The notes beneath the pieces are model-generated. The model was not told the DNA's origin. It saw only the letters and a list, made by a program, of their open reading frames with translations, and made no database searches. Position numbers and translations under genes: made by a program. From positions 307 through 64,306 of the forward strand of contig JBARSJ010000131.1 in NCBI GenBank assembly GCA_049644685.1: DNA of 64,000 nt, read 5' to 3'. The first letter of the stretch is position 1. Each line of letters begins with the position of its first letter. Origin of the DNA: Anaerolineales bacterium. Its GTDB lineage: Bacteria > Chloroflexota > Anaerolineae > Anaerolineales > UBA11858. Of this stretch, positions 55,709 to 64,000 are shown piece by piece.

Positions 55709-55815
55709 TGAGGTTGAGCGAAAACTACTTACTATTCACTACTTACTGCTTACTGATCACTGGATACTGAATAATAACCCCATCCTCCAGTCTCAAAGTC
55801 ACCAAGTCTCATCGT
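55709..55815 (+). repeat. Composite dispersed repeat, copy f (direct repeat of copy e)
   Basis: Same 19-mer. Six heptads follow (55725-55771: TTACTAT TCACTAC TTACTGC TTACTGA TCACTGG ATACTGA), then CCAGTCTCAAAGTCACCAAGTCTCATCGTCA. Confidence 0.75.
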
Positions 55816-56747
55816 CAAACTTTCAGGCACTCTCCCCTCTTCACCTGGAACCGGTCAAAATCCCGGACAACATGCACTTCCGGAAATACTGCGCTGGCTT
55901 CCTCCAGCACCTGGTCTTCCCGATAACGGCGGGAGATATGTGTCAGCAACAAGGCCCCCACCCCAGCCTCATTTGCCAGCTCCCCGGCCTGACTGGCTGT
56001 CAGGTGACCAAACTGCTCTGCCAGCTCTTTTTCCGCTTCCAGGTAAGTGGCTTCTATCACCAGTGCATCCGCTCCCCTGGCAGCTTCCACCAGATTGTCC
56101 GTCCGTCCGGCGTCGCCAACGTGGACCAGCTTGGTACCAGCTTGCGTTTCCCCCAACACCATCTCCGGATCAATCCTGCGTCCATCCGGAAGGGTGACTG
56201 CGTTTTCATTCACCAGCTCACCGCGCCAGGGACCAGGAGGGATCTTTAACGCTTTGGCTTTTTCAGGAAGAAATGGACGGCGGGGAAATTCCTCAAAGAC
56301 AAATCCAAAACAGTCCGGAGTCCGGTGATAAACCGGGAAGGCGGTCACGGTAAATTCATCTTCTTCAAATATCACTCCCGATTCCAGGTCCTGTAAAGTG
56401 ATCTCCACCGGTGGATACTTGCCCTTCAGCACCACGCCAAACAGCAGGTCCCGGATGCGGTCCAGAGCTGATTTTCCCCCCACGATGAGGATTTTGTCCA
56501 TCGCTTCCCAGCGCACAAAGGTAGAAATCAAGCCGCCCAGACCCAGAATATGATCCAGGTGCCCGTGGGTGACCAGGATGCGGTCCAGGCGTTTAAAGCC
56601 CAACCCGGACTTTAGAATCTGGCGCTGGGTACCTTCTCCGGCGTCGATTAGAAAGCGATGTTCCCCCCTTAAAACCACCTGGGAAGTTAATCCCCGCTGC
56701 ACGGAGGGAGCTGAGGCGCTTGTTCCTAAGAAGACAATTTCGAACAA
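55815..56747 (-). CDS. rnz: Ribonuclease Z (metallo-beta-lactamase fold tRNA 3' endonuclease)
   Basis: 310 aa. N-terminal F.GTSA..P...R, then the motif HGHLDH. Confidence 0.85.
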   Translation of the reverse strand: MFEIVFLGTSASAPSVQRGLTSQVVLRGEHRFLIDAGEGTQRQILKSGLGFKRLDRILVTHGHLDHILGLGGLISTFVRWEAMDKILIVGGKSALDRIRDLLFGVVLKGKYPPVEITLQDLESGVIFEEDEFTVTAFPVYHRTPDCFGFVFEEFPRRPFLPEKAKALKIPPGPWRGELVNENAVTLPDGRRIDPEMVLGETQAGTKLVHVGDAGRTDNLVEAARGADALVIEATYLEAEKELAEQFGHLTASQAGELANEAGVGALLLTHISRRYREDQVLEEASAVFPEVHVVRDFDRFQVKRGECLKV

Positions 56748-57068
56748 AATATATTTCCTTCGCTAGGATAATAACTACCACTCTTATTTTACCGCATGAA
56801 GGAAAGACTGGGGGACTGGGAGACTTTGTGACGGGGAGATGGGGTGATACCGAGTTTAAGGTTGAAAGTTAGAAGGTTTAAAGGTTGATATTCTTTATTG
56901 TTAGAGTAACTACAGCAATCACTCTTAAAGGACACTTTTTTGTCCTGTACTTACACCAATAGGCATTAACTTAAGCGTCGATGGAGATCGACGCCTGGCT
57001 CTGCCCCAAGCCGGGAATTCATTCCCCTGGACAATGGTAGTAATAATGGAAGAAAGTATCGTTGTCAT

Positions 57069-57168
57069 GAGCCCTTCGACTACGCCTGTCCTGAGTGTAG
57101 CGAAGCCCCTCGGCAAGCTCCCTTCAACTTCGTTCAGGGCAGGCGGGATAAACTCCATCGAAGGGCTC
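57069..57168. repeat. 100-nt nested imperfect palindrome (REP/MITE-like, CGAAG/CTCAGG word family)
   Basis: Outer stem GAGCCCTTCGA / TCGAAGGGCTC (11 bp). Inner stem GCCTGTCCTGA / TCAGGGCAGGC (10/11 bp). Related words occur at 14450-14600, 51880-51920 and 55650-55690. Confidence 0.6.
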
Positions 57169-57234
57169 TGGGAGTTCTTAGCTAAGGACTCGCAATAACA
57201 TCCTTAACAAAACCCTTAGATTTATCTAAGGAGC

Positions 57235-57276
57235 ACACTGAATACTGATTACTACTCACTACTTACCACTTACTCA
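57235..57276. repeat. Heptanucleotide tandem repeat x6
   Basis: ACACTGA ATACTGA TTACTAC TCACTAC TTACCAC TTACTCA. Confidence 0.8.
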
Positions 57277-57317
57277 GACCTCGGAGGTTTCCTGATTGAG
57301 ACAAACCTCCGCGGTCT
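57276..57317. repeat. ACCTCGGAGGT palindromic element (copy 3)
   Basis: AGACCTCGGAGGTTT-cctgattgagac-AAACCTCCGCGGTCT, pairing at 14/15 positions. Confidence 0.65.
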
Positions 57318-57333
57318 TGGTTTAAGCCAATCA

Positions 57334-57342
57334 TGCTATAAT
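57334..57342 (+). promoter_or_regulatory. Extended -10 box TGCTATAAT, candidate ftsK promoter
   Basis: It lies 28 nt upstream of the ftsK ATG. Same 9-mer family as the tRNA-Val promoter. Confidence 0.45.
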
Positions 57343-57369
57343 TCGGACAGGTTTGCAGGGAAATTCAAC

Positions 57370-59568
57370 ATGGCAAAATCGTCCCCAAAATCAAAAACCA
57401 AAGCTAAATCCCCCGCACCAGGAAAAAACCTGGGACTGACCGGGTTATTGTTGTCTGCTGTGGGCATCGTCACCGCACTAGGGTTGTTCTCCAGCCAGAG
57501 CAGTACCATCCTGTCTGCAATCCAGTCCCTGCTTTTAAAAGGATTCGGTTGGGGAAGTTACCCCCTGCCGCTGCTGCTCTTAGGCGGAGGTTTGTTAATC
57601 CTGCTGCGGAAAATGGAAGGAGCTCCAAAATTCTCCCCGGTACAAATAGCCGGAATCGTGATCCTCTATCTGGCGGGATTAACCACCCTGCAGTATTTCA
57701 CCTTCCCGGCTGATTTCAGCACCTCCCGGACAATTGCCGCCGAAGGATTGGGAGGTGGATATGCAGGCGCTTATCTACTGGCACCGCTGCAAATCACTTT
57801 TGGATCAGCCGGGACTGCAATAGCCGTTTCTGCGCTGATCCTGCTCAGCCTGTCACTCACTCTGGATATCCCGGTTCTGGATCTGTTCAAGTGGGTTCCT
57901 GGATTTGCGGGATCCCTTAAGATTCTGTTCCAGAAATTGTTCCCCAAGCGGGAACAATTTGCACACACATCCACCTCTGGGTCGAAAATTCCTACTCCCA
58001 TCCTCAGGCGGGTGCCTGAATCCCAACCCAGCCCATCTTCGGAACCCTCCATGTTTCCCGAGGATGCACCGGAGCTAAATTGGGTGCTGCCCCAGATCCC
58101 TGACATCCTTAATATTGGTCAAGACATTGAACCCAATGAAGAATTTGACCAGCACAGGGCGGCCATCATCGAAGAGACCCTGGAATCCTTTGGCGCCCCA
58201 GGACATGTGGTTGAGATCAACCGCGGTCCCACAATCACTCAATTTGGTGTGGAACCGGATTTTATTGAAGTCAGAAATCAAAAACGGCGCGTCCGGGTCA
58301 GCAAAATTACCGGGCTGGCTGATGACCTGGCTCTGGCCCTGGCAGCCAGACGCATCCGCATAGAAGCACCGGTTCCAGGCAAGGGTTATATTGGCATAGA
58401 AGTGCCCAATGAAGAGATTTCCCTGGTGGCGCTGCGTGATGCTATTCAGAGTCCCGGTTTCAAAAAACTGAAGACGCCGCTGAAATTTGCCCTCGGACGA
58501 GATGTATCCGGCAAGGCATTTGCCACTGATCTGACTGACATGCCGCATCTGTTAATCGCCGGCACCACCGGTTCTGGTAAATCGGTCTGTGTTAATGCTT
58601 TAATCTCGTGCTTTTTGCTGCACAACACACCAGATGATCTGCGCATGATTATGGTTGATCCTAAACGGGTAGAGCTGTCCGGATATGACGGCATTCCTCA
58701 TCTGCTCGCTCCAGTGGTAGTGGACCTGGAGCGCGTGGTCGGTGTTTTACAGTGGGTTTCCCGGGAAATGGACCAGCGCTATCATAAATTTTCCCAGGCT
58801 GGGGCCCGTCACATCGCCGACTATAACAAGAGATCAGTAAAAGAAGGGGGTAAGAAACTGCCCTACCTGCTGGTGATCATTGACGAGCTGGCTGACTTGA
58901 TGATGCTTGCGCCCACCGAAACTGAAAGAGCCATCACCCGACTGGCCCAATTAGCCCGAGCTACTGGCATTCACCTGATTATTTCCACCCAGAGGCCCTC
59001 AACAAACGTGGTAACCGGTTTAATTAAAGCCAATTTCCCAGCCAGGATTGCTTTTGCAACCGCGTCAGGGATAGACAGCCGGGTTATCCTGGATCAACCC
59101 GGCGCAGAAACCCTTCTAGGAAGGGGTGATATGCTGTTCCAGGCGCCAGATGCTGCCGCGCCGATACGTCTGCAAGGTGTATTTGTCTCCGACACAGAAA
59201 TCGATAAATTAGTCCGCTACTGGCGTTTTCTGGCAGCGCAAATTAAAGCCCCACTGTCATCCTCGAGTACTTCCGGGGAACCCGATGCTCGGATGCCAAG
59301 CATCCCTCTCAAACAAAAGGAAATGTGGCATGACATGGCGGAAGAAGAGGATCGAGATCCACTCTGGGATGAAGCTGTGCGTTTGGTTCGGGAAGCAGAT
59401 CGGGCCTCGATCTCCATGCTGCAGCGCAGGCTGCGGATTGGCTACACCCGGTCCGCCCGATTGATTGAACAGATGGCAGCGGAAGGAATTATCGGACCAG
59501 CCAAAGAGGGTCCCCAAGCCAGGCAAGTGCTGGATCACAACCCGGATGACCCCGTCAGCAAGGAATAA
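57370..59568 (+). CDS. ftsK: DNA translocase FtsK/SpoIIIE
   Basis: 732 aa. N-terminal TM helices, Walker A GTTGSGKS, Walker B LLVIIDELADL, and a C-terminal gamma wHTH (S.S.LQRRLRIGY.R.ARLI..M). Confidence 0.95.
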   Translation: MAKSSPKSKTKAKSPAPGKNLGLTGLLLSAVGIVTALGLFSSQSSTILSAIQSLLLKGFGWGSYPLPLLLLGGGLLILLRKMEGAPKFSPVQIAGIVILYLAGLTTLQYFTFPADFSTSRTIAAEGLGGGYAGAYLLAPLQITFGSAGTAIAVSALILLSLSLTLDIPVLDLFKWVPGFAGSLKILFQKLFPKREQFAHTSTSGSKIPTPILRRVPESQPSPSSEPSMFPEDAPELNWVLPQIPDILNIGQDIEPNEEFDQHRAAIIEETLESFGAPGHVVEINRGPTITQFGVEPDFIEVRNQKRRVRVSKITGLADDLALALAARRIRIEAPVPGKGYIGIEVPNEEISLVALRDAIQSPGFKKLKTPLKFALGRDVSGKAFATDLTDMPHLLIAGTTGSGKSVCVNALISCFLLHNTPDDLRMIMVDPKRVELSGYDGIPHLLAPVVVDLERVVGVLQWVSREMDQRYHKFSQAGARHIADYNKRSVKEGGKKLPYLLVIIDELADLMMLAPTETERAITRLAQLARATGIHLIISTQRPSTNVVTGLIKANFPARIAFATASGIDSRVILDQPGAETLLGRGDMLFQAPDAAAPIRLQGVFVSDTEIDKLVRYWRFLAAQIKAPLSSSSTSGEPDARMPSIPLKQKEMWHDMAEEEDRDPLWDEAVRLVREADRASISMLQRRLRIGYTRSARLIEQMAAEGIIGPAKEGPQARQVLDHNPDDPVSKE

Positions 59569-59667
59569 AATCGTTTTTTCCTCCCTTTTCCAACTCCTAG
59601 CGACCAAAAAGCTTACTCTGGGTACTATTTAATGGGTTTTAGCTAAAAATGTTATAATACCCTCGTT

Positions 59668-60993
59668 ATGAAAAAACCTTCCAGGACTTGGTTTTTACTT
59701 CTGATTCCCATCCTGATCCTGCTGGCAGCGCTCATATATCAGATACCTTTTGTGTATGACCGTATGTCCTGGCGGGTGGAAGATCTCAAAACGCGGATCA
59801 TCTATGCTATTAATCCGCCGGATGAAGCTATTTTTATACCTGTTGGCGGCACACCAGCAGCCACACCCTTCATAGCATCCTCTCCTGACACACCAGAACC
59901 CTCACCTGAAGGACCAATAGCAACAGATACCGTAATGGCAATCACACCCACTGCTCTTCCCGAGCGGGTGATCCTGGACGGTGTAGTTTATGTCCATCAG
60001 CATGAGCGCTGGAATTACTGCGGGCCGGCCAATCTGGCCATGGCACTCAACTATTGGGGTTGGCCCGGGGATCGGGATGACATTGCCCGGGTGGTTAAAC
60101 CGGGAATAAACGACCCAGATCTGAGTTTCATCCAGCAAGGCCGGCTCGATAAAAATGTCATGCCCTCCGAGATGATCGGTTTTGTGGCGGGACACACCGA
60201 CTATAACATTGTCGCCCGATTTGGCGGAGATCTGGACTTGCTGAAACACATGATTGCCAACGGGTTTCCTGTCCTGGTGGAAAAGGGTTATTACGAGGAA
60301 GATTACACCGGGAAGGTGGCCTGGATGGGACACTATTTGTTCACTACCGGGTACGACGAAACCGCAGGTGAATTTGTTGTTCAGGACGCATATCTCGAGC
60401 CTGGCAAGGATATGCGGGTGGATTATCAAACCTACCTGGAAGGCTGGCGTTCTTTTGATTATCTCTTTATGGTGATTTATCCCCCTGAGCGGCAGGACCT
60501 GGTATTAGACCTGTTGGGAGACTGGGCAGACCCTGCCTGGTCTTACTCCCATGCGCTTGAGATAGCGGAGGAAGAGATACAAACCCTGACTGGAGTGAAT
60601 GCCTTTTATGCCTGGTTTAATAAAGGCACCAGTCTGGTAAAAATGGAGCACTACCTGGAAGCCGGGGAAGCCTTTGACCAGGCCTTCCAGCTCTATGAAG
60701 GATTGATAGATGACGACGCCATCCGGCCCTACAGGATCACCTGGTATCAAACCGGGCCTTATAGGGCTTACTATTTCAGCGGGCGCTATCAGGATGTGAT
60801 CAATCTGGCCAACGATTTTACGCTGGCTACTATCGCGGACGACAGCCTGGAAGAATCCTTATATTGGCGCGGTTTAGCATATTATGCCCTGGGGAAAAAA
60901 GCCCTGGCACAATCAGACTTTTACCGGGCGGTCTGGCTAAATCCAAATTTTGAGGACGCAATATATCAACTCAGCCAGCTTAATTTTGATTGA
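59668..60993 (+). CDS. Membrane-anchored C39-like cysteine peptidase domain protein with C-terminal TPR repeats
   Basis: 441 aa. N-terminal TM helix. The motif W.YCGPANLAMALNYWG is Peptidase_C39_2-like. The C-terminal half is TPR-like. Confidence 0.6.
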   Translation: MKKPSRTWFLLLIPILILLAALIYQIPFVYDRMSWRVEDLKTRIIYAINPPDEAIFIPVGGTPAATPFIASSPDTPEPSPEGPIATDTVMAITPTALPERVILDGVVYVHQHERWNYCGPANLAMALNYWGWPGDRDDIARVVKPGINDPDLSFIQQGRLDKNVMPSEMIGFVAGHTDYNIVARFGGDLDLLKHMIANGFPVLVEKGYYEEDYTGKVAWMGHYLFTTGYDETAGEFVVQDAYLEPGKDMRVDYQTYLEGWRSFDYLFMVIYPPERQDLVLDLLGDWADPAWSYSHALEIAEEEIQTLTGVNAFYAWFNKGTSLVKMEHYLEAGEAFDQAFQLYEGLIDDDAIRPYRITWYQTGPYRAYYFSGRYQDVINLANDFTLATIADDSLEESLYWRGLAYYALGKKALAQSDFYRAVWLNPNFEDAIYQLSQLNFD

Positions 60994-60999
60994 TACGTA

Positions 61000-61045
61000 A
61001 TTAGGGACCGGGTCCTTTAAAAGGACCCGGTCCCTAATCAATATT
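61000..61045 (+). terminator. Rho-independent terminator
   Basis: 16-bp perfect stem ATTAGGGACCGGGTCC / GGACCCGGTCCCTAAT with loop TTTAAAA, followed by CAATATTTTC. Confidence 0.7.
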
Positions 61046-61049
61046 TTCT

Positions 61050-62306
61050 ATGCCTAAAATACTTCACTTCGCTGACGCGCATATCGACATAGCCAATTAC
61101 GGCCGCAGAGATCCCGAAACCGGTCTGCCGCTGCGCATCCTCGATTTCCTGGCTTCCCTGGATGAGATCATTAACTGCGCCATCAAGGAAGAAGTGGATT
61201 GTGTGCTCTTTGCCGGGGATGCTTACAAAGATCGAAACCCTGCCCCGACTTTTCAGCGGGAATGGGGGGACAGGATCATGCGCCTCTCCCAGGCAGGGAT
61301 TCCAGCCATCCTGCTGGTAGGCAATCATGATATCTCCCCCTCTATCGGCAGGGCGCATGCGCTGACCGAGTTCAACACCTTAAAAGTTCCTCAGGTGCTG
61401 ATCGTTGATAAACCTTGTTTCCTGTCCAGTGAAGAACTCTCCCGGCTGTGCCCGGAGGGGAAATCCCTCGACCTGCAGCTAATTGCACTGCCCTGGCTCT
61501 CCCGAACTGGGATGATGACCGCCCTCGATCTGCAAACCCGCGACCTGGACCTGATCTACCAGGAAATGATCAAGAAGCTAGATGCTGATATCAACAACTG
61601 GTTAGAGGGGGCTGATCCAAAGCTTCCCATTGTGCTGGCAGCTCATGCGTCTGTCGAGGGGGCTGTCTTCGGCGGTGAACGGTCTGTCAGCCTGGGGAAT
61701 GACCTGGTGCTGCCGCTGGCACTGGTTCAGAATCCCCGCTTGGATTACACTGCCCTGGGACATCTTCATAAAAAACAAGACCTGAATAAAGGCAAACATC
61801 CCCCGGTTGTGTATCCAGGATCAATTGAGCGGATAGATTTTGGAGAAGCCGGGGATGAGAAGTATTTTGTCATCGCGGAGGTTAAACAGGGAAAAACAAA
61901 GCTGGATTGGCACAAACTGAAAAATATCCGACCGTTTGTGGATCAATACCTGAAACTGACTTCCCAGGATAAAATTACTGATCAGATTAAAAAAACCCTC
62001 CCCTCATCAGATTCATTAAAGGATGCAATTGTCCGCTTAGTCCTCGAATACCCGCGGGCCTGGGATCCGCTGATTGACGAACCTGCTATCCGGGAGCTGG
62101 TTAAGGGGAGTTTTGAATTCCATTTTGTGAAGCAGCCCCAATCAGAAGCCAGAATCCGGCTGCCAAAAAACCGGGCTATCGGCAGCCTTTCCCCCGAGGA
62201 GTTACTGGACCAGTACTGGGAAATCAGCCATACCCCTGAAAATGAAATCAAATCCCTCAACAAGTTAGCCCAGGAAATCATCCATCCCCATCAGGATATT
62301 GAGTGA
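61050..62306 (+). CDS. sbcD: Mre11/SbcD-family nuclease (calcineurin-like phosphoesterase)
   Basis: 418 aa. Motifs HFADAH, FAGD.Y, GNHD, and AH. Confidence 0.8.
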   Translation: MPKILHFADAHIDIANYGRRDPETGLPLRILDFLASLDEIINCAIKEEVDCVLFAGDAYKDRNPAPTFQREWGDRIMRLSQAGIPAILLVGNHDISPSIGRAHALTEFNTLKVPQVLIVDKPCFLSSEELSRLCPEGKSLDLQLIALPWLSRTGMMTALDLQTRDLDLIYQEMIKKLDADINNWLEGADPKLPIVLAAHASVEGAVFGGERSVSLGNDLVLPLALVQNPRLDYTALGHLHKKQDLNKGKHPPVVYPGSIERIDFGEAGDEKYFVIAEVKQGKTKLDWHKLKNIRPFVDQYLKLTSQDKITDQIKKTLPSSDSLKDAIVRLVLEYPRAWDPLIDEPAIRELVKGSFEFHFVKQPQSEARIRLPKNRAIGSLSPEELLDQYWEISHTPENEIKSLNKLAQEIIHPHQDIE

Positions 62307-62309
62307 GGA

Positions 62310-63326
62310 ATGGCCCAGGTATCTGTTCTGCTGCCTTGTTATAACGCCGAATCTACGATCGAAGAAGCCTTATCCTCACTGGCAGGCCAAAGCTGCCGGG
62401 ATTTTGAAGTGCTGTGTGTGGATGATGGCTCAACAGACAAGACAGTCTCTATTCTGGAAGATTGGAGCCAGCAGGATTCGCGTTTTGTGATAGTGAAAAA
62501 ACCCCACCGGGGAGTCATCCAGGCAGCCAACACCGGCCTTACTCTCTGCCGGGCGCCGATAATCGTCCGCATGGATGCCGATGACCGCTGCCATCCTGAC
62601 CGGATCAGGCTGCAAAGAGAATATTTACTCGCTAACCCGGCTGTTGCTGTCGTTGGTTCGCTGGTAACTGGGTTCCCCGCAGAGCTTGTCGGCGAGGGGT
62701 ATAAACTCTATTATGATTGGCTTAATTCCCTGCTAACCCATGAAGATATTTCCCGCGAAATTTTTATTGAAAGTCCCCTGGCCAATCCCAGTACTGCCTT
62801 TCGCAAATCCTGGGTCAACCGGGTAGGAGGGTATCAGGATCATGGCTGGCCGGAGGATTATGATCTCTGGCTCCGTCTTTACCTTGCCGGTGCTCAATTT
62901 GCCAAAATCCCCCAAGTGCTGCTGGAGTGGCGAGAGGGACCGGAAAGACTGACCCATCAGGATTCAAGATACTCGGTGGAGAATTTTTTACGGGCAAAAG
63001 CCCATTATCTGGCCAAAGGACCCGCCAGAGATCGGGATGCGGTATTCATCTGGGGGGCGGGAATGACCGGCCGGCGGATAAGCAAACACCTGTCCCGGGA
63101 AGGTCTACCCCTGACTGCTTTCATCGATGTCGATCCCAAAAAGATCGGGAGCACCCGCCGGGGAAAACCGATCATTTCCCGGGATGACCTGCCTGCTCTT
63201 TGGAAACAATATCAAAATCCAATCCTGCTGGCTGCGGTTAGAGCCCGCAAAGCCCGTCCCCTGATCCGGGAGAATCTAAAAAAACTGAATCTTATTGAAG
63301 GTCAAGATTGGTGGGCAGCTGCCTGA
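62310..63326 (+). CDS. Family 2 glycosyltransferase
   Basis: 338 aa. N-terminal VSVLLPCYNAE, plus the motifs VDDGSTD and MDADD. Confidence 0.85.
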   Translation: MAQVSVLLPCYNAESTIEEALSSLAGQSCRDFEVLCVDDGSTDKTVSILEDWSQQDSRFVIVKKPHRGVIQAANTGLTLCRAPIIVRMDADDRCHPDRIRLQREYLLANPAVAVVGSLVTGFPAELVGEGYKLYYDWLNSLLTHEDISREIFIESPLANPSTAFRKSWVNRVGGYQDHGWPEDYDLWLRLYLAGAQFAKIPQVLLEWREGPERLTHQDSRYSVENFLRAKAHYLAKGPARDRDAVFIWGAGMTGRRISKHLSREGLPLTAFIDVDPKKIGSTRRGKPIISRDDLPALWKQYQNPILLAAVRARKARPLIRENLKKLNLIEGQDWWAAA

Positions 63327-63435
63327 AGTTCCAGGTAGAAATTGAAAGTTTGAGGTGGGGTAAGGATTTATTGCCCCATCTGAAGAGCATGGAGTATACT
63401 ATCTGAGGAAACTTTGTGGATAAAGGAAAAAGCCT

Positions 63436-64000
63436 ATGAATGTTTTTCTAACCGGCGGAGCTGGATACATTGGATCGATTGCTGCCAGACAACTGCTCGA
63501 GTCCGGACACCAGGTAACGGTATATGATTCCCTGGTCACCGGCCACCGGGAAGCGGTACCGGCAGGAGTAGAGTTCATCCAGGGTGACCTCGGAGATAAC
63601 AAAACTCTTCAATCCGCCCTGGAGATAAATAAATATGATGCCGTGATGCATTTTGCGGCGTTTATTGAAGCCGGGGAAAGCATGGTTAATCCCCCCAAGT
63701 ATTATCAAAACAATCTCATTAATTCTGTAAATTTGATTGATCTGGCAGTCAAAGCCGGCATTGGCCGTTTTGTTTTATCTTCTACAGCCGCTGTCTACAA
63801 ATCCAGCGATCAACCTTTAGGGGAAGACTCACCCCTGGGTCCGGTAAATATTTATGGACATACTAAACTGATGATAGAGGAGGTGCTGGATTTTTACCGG
63901 GAAATTCACGGACTTCGCTATGCCGCGCTGCGTTACTTTAATGCCGCCGGCGCCCTGCCCGATCAAGGAGAAGCACATCAACCGGAATCGCATCTGATCC
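63436..64000 (+). CDS. galE: UDP-glucose 4-epimerase, N-terminal part (continues beyond the window)
   Basis: Not in the ORF track because no stop lies inside the window. My translation: MNVFLTGGAGYIGSIAARQLLESGHQV...SSTAAVY...YGHTKL. This shows the Rossmann GxxGxxG and the SDR YxxxK motif. Confidence 0.85.
   Translation, partial: MNVFLTGGAGYIGSIAARQLLESGHQVTVYDSLVTGHREAVPAGVEFIQGDLGDNKTLQSALEINKYDAVMHFAAFIEAGESMVNPPKYYQNNLINSVNLIDLAVKAGIGRFVLSSTAAVYKSSDQPLGEDSPLGPVNIYGHTKLMIEEVLDFYREIHGLRYAALRYFNAAGALPDQGEAHQPESHLI

Noticed and set aside
56925-57158. 77-aa ORF on the minus strand (MEFIPPALNEVEGSLPRGFATLRTGVVEGL...).
   Set aside because: It coincides with the 100-nt nested palindrome and related repeat words. 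The peptide looks like translated repeat sequence, and it has no RBS.

Overview
64-kb chromosomal window. Everything here comes from reading the sequence and the ORF track; no database search was run. My unverified impression is a Chloroflexota/Anaerolineae-like bacterium. The backbone is ordinary housekeeping: glmS with a probable glmS-ribozyme leader, a cyclophilin PPIase, deoxynucleoside kinase, pcm, an ABC exporter, an S1-domain protein, mfd-pth, pyrG, eno, radC, an acylphosphatase, an RseP-like protease, a mevalonate-pathway decarboxylase, ftsZ, tRNA-Val(CAC), rnz, ftsK, sbcD, a GT2 glycosyltransferase and a partial galE. The main result is two co-oriented accessory blocks, about 10.4-16.05 kb and 42.0-50.3 kb, built like integron gene-cassette arrays. 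They hold short one- or two-gene modules, all on the + strand. Most modules end in an imperfect inverted repeat that starts ...YTAAC and ends GTTAG. These repeats have an unpaired spacer, extra unpaired bases on the 5' arm, and a 5' box that complements the first bases of the same module, up to 12/12 nt, which is the circular-cassette signature. No tyrosine-recombinase or integron-integrase gene is visible in the window, so both blocks look like attC clusters lacking an integrase (CALIN-like). The second block starts next to tRNA-Val, a small HTH gene and an attI-like region with two 20-21 bp direct repeats. Inside the arrays are two recurring noncoding modules: a promoter-like box with a conserved 29-nt motif (two of four copies end in a terminator hairpin), and a TGCTATACT box paired with a short 51-nt attC. 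Other points are an orphan phage tail-tube-like gene with an unknown partner, dispersed heptanucleotide tandem repeats, an ACCTCCGAGGT palindromic element, and a 5'-truncated IS110-family transposase at the left edge.
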